Source of the DNA: Octopus sinensis
Taxonomy: Eukaryota
Direction: 5' to 3'
Length of the DNA stretch: 28,973 nt
Assembly: GCF_006345805.1 (NCBI RefSeq)
Contig: NW_021833507.1
Span: 1 to 28,973 of the forward strand
A program made the position numbers and the translations under genes. Below the pieces are notes generated by a model. It searched no databases. It saw nothing but the letters and a program-made list of their open reading frames with translations, and was not told where the DNA came from. Below, piece by piece: positions 23,093 through 28,973 of this stretch (the stretch's first letter is position 1; every line of letters begins with the position of its first letter).

Positions 23093-23772
23093 ACAGCAAC
23101 AACTGAGCAACAACAAGAATAGTATCTACCTATACATATACATGTGTGTGTGTGTACATACATACACACACACATATGATATTAACATTGATAATGTCTT
23201 TATAAATAATACGCATGCGCGCTCGCCCATACACGCACATACTCTTCGCTCTCTGCATCTAGATCTAACACGCGAAGGCTTTACATACACACATGCAAGC
23301 ATATGCGTGCACGCGTAGCCATACACGTATAACTAAACAAACAATCAGAGACTAGATTTTTTATTCATCGAAAACCTGCCGAATAGTGTAGAGCTGATGT
23401 CTTAATTGACAAAGAAAAAAAATTGAATGAAATCTATGATTTAGATAAATGTAAAAACGTTAAATAAAACATTATAAATTGATGATAGGAAATCTTGCCA
23501 ATTTATAAGTGTGAATTGATTTAGTTTACGTTTTTTAAAGCGACGTATGATGTAGCAAGTGCAACGATTCCCCAACTATACTGAATTACATGTACATTAA
23601 GTGAGAAACTTTACAAAGTCACTGTATTTTTTTCTTTCATTTCTTATTTCCTGTAATAGTGTGTCTATTCATCGAGGCGAGTGTTGTGAAACTTTAGAGA
23701 AACACATCTATGCATGCATCCAAATAGACATACACACATACATACGTACGTACATACATAAATAAATAATAC

Positions 23773-23834
<62 letters not shown>

Positions 23835-23840
23835 TACAAA

Positions 23841-24004
23841 CACATACATGCATACACTTACATTTACTTATTAGCCTTTATGTGTGTGTGCAGCACATGT
23901 ATTTACATATAATGGGAATAGGATTCAATATAGGGAAGAGTGTTATGTGAAACTCTGAGTCAAAGCAGAATGTTATTCCAGACACCTAAGGCACCCGTAT
24001 ATAT

Positions 24005-24036
<32 letters not shown>

Positions 24037-24204
24037 CAGACAACCACATACATGCATACACTTACATTTACTTATTAAGCCTTTATGTGTGTGTGCAGCC
24101 ACTGTATTTACATATAATGGGAATAGGATTCAATATAGGGAAGAGTGTTAATGTGAAACTCTGAGTCAAAGCAGAATGTTATTCAGACACATAAGGCACC
24201 CGTA
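23841..24204 (+). repeat. Tandem duplication of a ~160-bp unique unit (23841-23999 and 24045-24204)
   Basis: Copies nearly identical, separated and flanked by (TA)n. Confidence 0.93.
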
Positions 24205-24230
24205 ATATATATATATATATATATATTATA

Positions 24231-24284
<54 letters not shown>

Positions 24285-24648
24285 ATGTATATGTATATAT
24301 AGAGAGAGAAACATACAGTGTATATAGATAGCTGATATATATGTACATATGACACACACACACACATATACATACACACCTACATTTATATACACATAGG
24401 TTTCGATCAAGAGATCGTCGTAACTTGCAACATGAAAGAACTCAAAGTTACAGAGTTTAGTTAGCTTTTTATTATCTTTTTTACATCATGGTAAAATGTT
24501 ACGACTCTCATCACAGAGAAGATGAGTGTCACAGCATATATTAAAGCATACATGCGCATATAATATAGATATATATATATATATATATATGCGTGCATGC
24601 ATGCATACTGTTACACTCACGCACAAATATATATTATATATATCTATA

Positions 24649-24689
<41 letters not shown>

Positions 24690-24816
24690 CATGTATATAT
24701 ATACACACACACACGCACAATGAAATTTAAGCAGTTCAATTCGTGCAAATATTGTTCCAGTTATCAGGCATTTTATGATCATAGTTGTATTACGTAATAT
24801 ATAATGTGTGGTGTGT

Positions 24817-24971
<155 letters not shown>

Positions 24972-25144
24972 TGACGGGAGTCTTTGTTTCCGTCCCCTAA
25001 ATCCACTCAAAATGTTTTGGTTGGCCTGAGTCTGGTAGTAAGAAGACACGTGTCCAAGGCCCATGCAGTGGGACTGAACCCGGAAGCATGTGATTGGTAA
25101 GCAAGCTATCAACCACTCCTGCGCCTATGCCACACAGCCACTCC
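24972..25144 (-). mobile_element. SINE family A, 5' half with locally duplicated head
   Basis: Reverse complement of about 18522-18682; ccactcc appears twice at the head (25112-25144). Confidence 0.8.
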
Positions 25145-26302
25145 ATGTACACACCACACACACACGTTGGGCTGATGTTCATATTCAATATTTAGGATGT
25201 TTTCTGCAAATACTGCTTAATGCATGCCAACCGTCGTCTCTCAGCTGGCACCGAAATAAGGGAATCAATATGTATTACATAGTATTTGCGTGAAAAATTC
25301 CATATATTAAATTTTATGCTTAATTCACCCAAGAAAAGTTTTTTTCTTTTCAAGTGATATACTTCATTTGTTCATCAATAAAAAAAACAAGTATGAAACA
25401 GCTGTAGTGAGCCTCAGCCCATCTGTGTTATTACTTACATTACACCACACTTGGAAACTACGCTGCGTTGGATCTAGAGTCTACAGAGGAGCGTGAACTT
25501 CATGCCAGAGTATACGCCTGTGTAACTGCACGCATACGTTGTACATTTAGCCTATGCTTGTGAAAGTATGCTAACTGGGAGGACAAATCGGTATTTGCTT
25601 TTGTAAGTACGAGAACCTTACTTAGTGCACAACTATGCCATCCCTGACTCTACCTTAGTGCCTTTCATTTCATGAGATCCTAATCCATGATTAAACGAGA
25701 TCCTGAAATTCCCACCCCTACACACACACACAACAAAATATTTGTAGTGTAGTATATAACATACATATAGGCTGTGATGTGTAGTGTATTCTCTTCTCTT
25801 CTCTCTCTCTCTCCTTCTCTCTAGATTATATATATATATATATTATATATATATATATATAGATAGAGATATAATATATATATATATATGTGTGTGTGTG
25901 TATATATAATATATATATATATATATTATATGTATGTATGTATGTATGCATGTAGGTAGGTAGGTAAGTATATATATTTATACATATAATCACACACACA
26001 CCACATATACATATATAAATAAAAGTATATACATTCGTAAGTTCACGTAACGTATAAACATATAATTACGCGTGTATCGCACACACGTGTGTAGATGGAT
26101 GCTTTGATAGAGAGACTGATTGACGGACAGTCAGACACATCCAATTTAATTACACGATAAAAGGGACAGAACTGTATTTATCTTCTTGTGTATCTCTGGT
26201 TATTTGTTCCATAAATATACACCGAGACGACGAAAGAATGAATGAAACGCACAATAGAGAATGAAGACAACGATGTAATTATGTAAACGCATACTGATAT
26301 TT

Positions 26303-26338
<36 letters not shown>

Positions 26339-26489
26339 ACACACACATACTCACACACACAACCAATCATTCAGGTACGCATATAATAAATGAAAATTTG
26401 AAGCTCTTACCTGAAAATGTATGTTGAGTATTTCACCTGAAATATATAAAATGAAAGTTATTGCAATGTCATAGATGTAGTGCGCAAAT

Positions 26490-26502
26490 AATAATGACAA
26501 TA

Positions 26503-26556
<54 letters not shown>
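26490..26556. repeat. (AAT)n microsatellite, probable tail of adjacent SINE B
   Basis: Direct reading. Confidence 0.9.
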
Positions 26557-26750
26557 TTTCAAATTTTGGCACAAGGCCAGCAATTCAGTGTAAGGGATAA
26601 GTCGATTACATCAACCTCGGTGTTCAGCGAGTACTTATTTTATCGACCATGAAAGGTTGAAAAGCAAAGCCGACTTCAGTATTATTAGAATTCAGAACGT
26701 AAAGAAAGAACCCGAAGAAGTGTCACTCAACATTTTATCAGACTCGGTAA
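26556..26750 (-). mobile_element. SINE family B, monomeric diverged copy
   Basis: tttcaaattttggcacaaggccagcaatt..aagtcgattacatc..gtacttattttatcgacc..gaaagg.tgaaa.gcaaag.cgac..tcagaacgtaaag. Confidence 0.8.
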
Positions 26751-26799
26751 TCAATAAAGAAAAAATTACCAAGATATTAAACATAAATGCTACTGGACG

Positions 26800-27130
26800 T
26801 CAATCAGTTATTTTTTTGTAAATGGACGACCTCAAGTTATACGCTGGAGTTGATGGATAACAAAAAACGCTGTCACAGACAGCACACAAATTTACTTTAG
26901 GAATTAATATGCAAATCTAAATGGAAAAATATCATCAAGGGAACCGTGAAGATAGGAAAATTCATTAAGAAGACTATCATGTTAGATAAAAAGCCAAAGA
27001 GAATGAGACGAAACAGGATTATATAAAAACTTAGGAATAAATGAACTAAATGACAAAGTACGATACCGACAAAAGAAACGGCCAGGAAGGAATATTGTGG
27101 CCACATGAAATTAATATTGAGAGCAAGATG
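26800..27130 (+). pseudogene. R4/Dong-type non-LTR retrotransposon reverse-transcriptase fossil
   Basis: *MDDLKLYA at 26819-26845 (YMDDLKLYA catalytic motif with Tyr changed to stop), then LSQTAHKFTLGINMQ, YKNLGINE (27022-27045, YKYLG motif) and KETARKEYCGHMKLILRA (27072-27125), in the order expected for this clade. Stops and frameshifts present. Confidence 0.8.
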
Positions 27131-27223
27131 TCCGATATTATGCATCAAAATAGAAAACAAAAGTGACTGCAGTTAGAACAAGCAATCTCAGATGTGAGAT
27201 AAATTTGATTTACCACAAATGTA

Positions 27224-27281
27224 GGCGCAGGCGTGATTGTGTGGTAAGAAGCTTGCTTCCCCAAAACATGTGTCTGGGCTC
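27224..27281 (+). mobile_element. SINE family A, head fragment
   Basis: ggcgcaggcgtgattgtgtggtaagaagcttgcttccc. Confidence 0.75.
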
Positions 27282-27313
27282 GTAAAAAATAAATAAATAA
27301 ATAAATAAATAAC

Positions 27314-27353
<40 letters not shown>

Positions 27354-27442
27354 TTCATCAAAAAATTTAGATTCGTTGAATATGGTTAAGGCAGGCCCCA
27401 GAATTTGGTGTGGTATTATCCATATAAATCAAATGGGGTGAT

Positions 27443-27593
27443 TATAATCAAAATAAGCAACAAGTGTATCCAAAGGTAATGTAGTGCAATCGTTTCATGC
27501 TACTTCAATTAATTAATTAATTAATAAATGAAGTAGCATGAAACGATTGTACTACACTACCTTTCGCTATCTTTGTTGCTTATTTTGATTATA
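27443..27593. repeat. 151-bp near-perfect palindrome
   Basis: Arms 27443-27507 and 27529-27593 pair at 58/65 positions around a 21-nt (TTAA)n-like spacer. Confidence 0.93.
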
Positions 27594-27649
27594 TATATAT
27601 ATATAATAAGTATATGTGTATGTATATGTGTAAGTGCGCGCGTATGTGC

Positions 27650-27870
27650 GTATCAGTGTCTGTGTGCCTTGTTGTTTGTGTTCGTCCCCCGTCTACCACT
27701 TGACGATTGGTGTTGGTTTGTTTACGTCCGCAACTACTCAGATCGGCAAAAGAAGCCGACATAGTAAGAACCAAACTTTAAAATAAGTACGGGAGTCGAT
27801 TAAACCCTTCAAGGCGGTATGCCAACATGGCTGCAGTCCAATACTGGAAACAACTGAAAAATAGAAAAGA
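27650..27870 (+). mobile_element. SINE family A, diverged 3' half
   Basis: tttgtgttcgtccccc..cttgac..tggtgttggtttgtttacgtcc..cggcaaaaga..aataagtac..gtcgat..ttcaaggcggt..catggctgcagtcca. Confidence 0.75.
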
Positions 27871-27949
27871 AAAAAAAACAACGAAAAAAATACCGAACAG
27901 ATTGAGTCTATGAAAAAATAATGAGTCCTAGGAGAAAAAGTGCAAAAAG

Positions 27950-28160
27950 GGTGGGATTGAAGGTTTCTTGATGTCTAGTACAAGAAATTATTAAAGGGTT
28001 GTAAAGAAGCAGAATGCAGTAGGTGCAGAATGTGTAAAGCCTGTGATAAAAGAATTAGGCAGATTCTCTTTAGCTGCCCAATCGAAGACAGGATAGAATG
28101 TGTGCAAATACCGGACAGAATTGGAAATTTTATAAACTGAAAATTAGGTTAGCATTATGT
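27950..28160 (+). pseudogene. R4/Dong-type fossil, zinc-knuckle / pre-endonuclease segment
   Basis: EGFLM (27959-27973), TRNY, then CRMCKACDKRIRQILFSCP..PDRIGNFIN*KLG*HY (28024-28158), matching the CR.C....ETI.HI.SGC......Y..RHD.V...IHW.LC..Y pattern. Confidence 0.7.
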
Positions 28161-28184
28161 AGGCACCGCAACATATCTTCGGTC

Positions 28185-28325
28185 TTTGCATTCTGTGTTC
28201 AAATTTCGCCGAGGCTGATTTTGCCTTTCAATCTTTCGGGATTCGATCAAATAAGTACCAGTTGAGCACTGGGGGTCGATGTAAATGACTTGTTCCTTAT
28301 CCGTTACCCTAATATTTTAAACCAG
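28185..28325 (+). mobile_element. SINE family B, partial
   Basis: ttctgtgttcaaatttcgccgagg..tttgcctttca.tctttcggg..aaataagtaccagttgagcactgggggtcgatgtaa. Confidence 0.82.
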
Positions 28326-28434
28326 TATGAGGGTTGATTAAACAAACAGAAAATAACAAGTAACTTCTCCTGCATGCTTCTCATAACATGGTTGGACTTC
28401 TATAGCTAAAACACAAAACAAAATTAAATAAACA

Positions 28435-28715
28435 GGCGCGGGCGTGGCTGTGTGGTTGTTTCCCAGTCACATGGTTCCGAGTTCAGTCCCACCTCGTAAC
28501 ACGTTCGGTACATGTTTTCTATTACAATATGTGTGTGTGCTTGTCTCAAACCTGTGTTTATGTCCCCGTAACTTAGGGGTTCGGTAAAGAGATCGTCAGA
28601 ATAAGTATCAAGCTTTAAAAAATGAGTCCTGGGGGTCAATTCGCTTGACTGAACTACTTCAAGGTGATGCCCCAGCATGGCCGCAGTCTAATTGACTAAC
28701 ACAAGTAAGAAATAA
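28435..28715 (+). mobile_element. SINE family A, diverged with internal deletion
   Basis: ggcgcgggcgtggctgtgtgg..cacatggttccgagttcagtcccac..tccccgtaacttag.ggttcgg..gtcctgggggtc..ccagcatggccgcagtc. Confidence 0.85.
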
Positions 28716-28973
28716 ACAAAGCTCCCTGCTACTCATAAGCCTCAGGCTGACTTTTAAAGTGATTGCTTGAGGTTATTATGGATCTGTATGTAAAATGCAG
28801 GCTAATCGCTAGTAATATTAGACTGACATTTTCTATCACAAAAACAACCGCGTACATAATTACATACTTAATAGCATTAAATGGCAATAATATTGTTCAG
28901 TTGCTAAGAAATTACATTGACCTAGTTATTGGGTTTACAAAATATATGACAATTAAAGACAATGTACGTATTT

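Noticed and set aside
25482-25496. Third copy of the 50-bp repeat (tacagaggagcgtga)
   Set aside because: Only about 13 of 15 nt match and similarity does not extend; compatible with chance.
26490-26556. (TAA)n as the target site of the R4/Dong fossil
   Set aside because: It abuts the 3' end of a minus-strand SINE B and is better explained as that SINE's tail.

Overview
Repeat-saturated, AT-rich eukaryotic non-coding DNA (intron or intergenic). The SINE families and extreme microsatellite load look like an octopus (coleoid cephalopod) genome; this is inferred from recognition, not a search. No host protein-coding gene can be supported: almost all listed ORFs are translated microsatellites or SINEs. 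The window holds about 25 copies or fragments of four tRNA-derived SINE families (labelled A-D here). It also holds remnants of three non-LTR retrotransposon clades: a fairly young 5'-truncated L1/Tx1-type element inside a (TATC)n array, RTE 3' ends with (GAT)n tails, and an old R4/Dong-type RT plus zinc-knuckle fossil split by nested insertions. A hAT-like MITE and possible Penelope-type terminal fragments are also present. The most unusual signals are local copying events: a 50-bp unique sequence present twice 9.7 kb apart with one copy interrupting a TSD-flanked SINE, a snap-back inverted copy of a SINE segment inside a (TG)n tract, and a 151-bp near-perfect palindrome. Family names and mechanisms are inferences; nothing was computed or searched.
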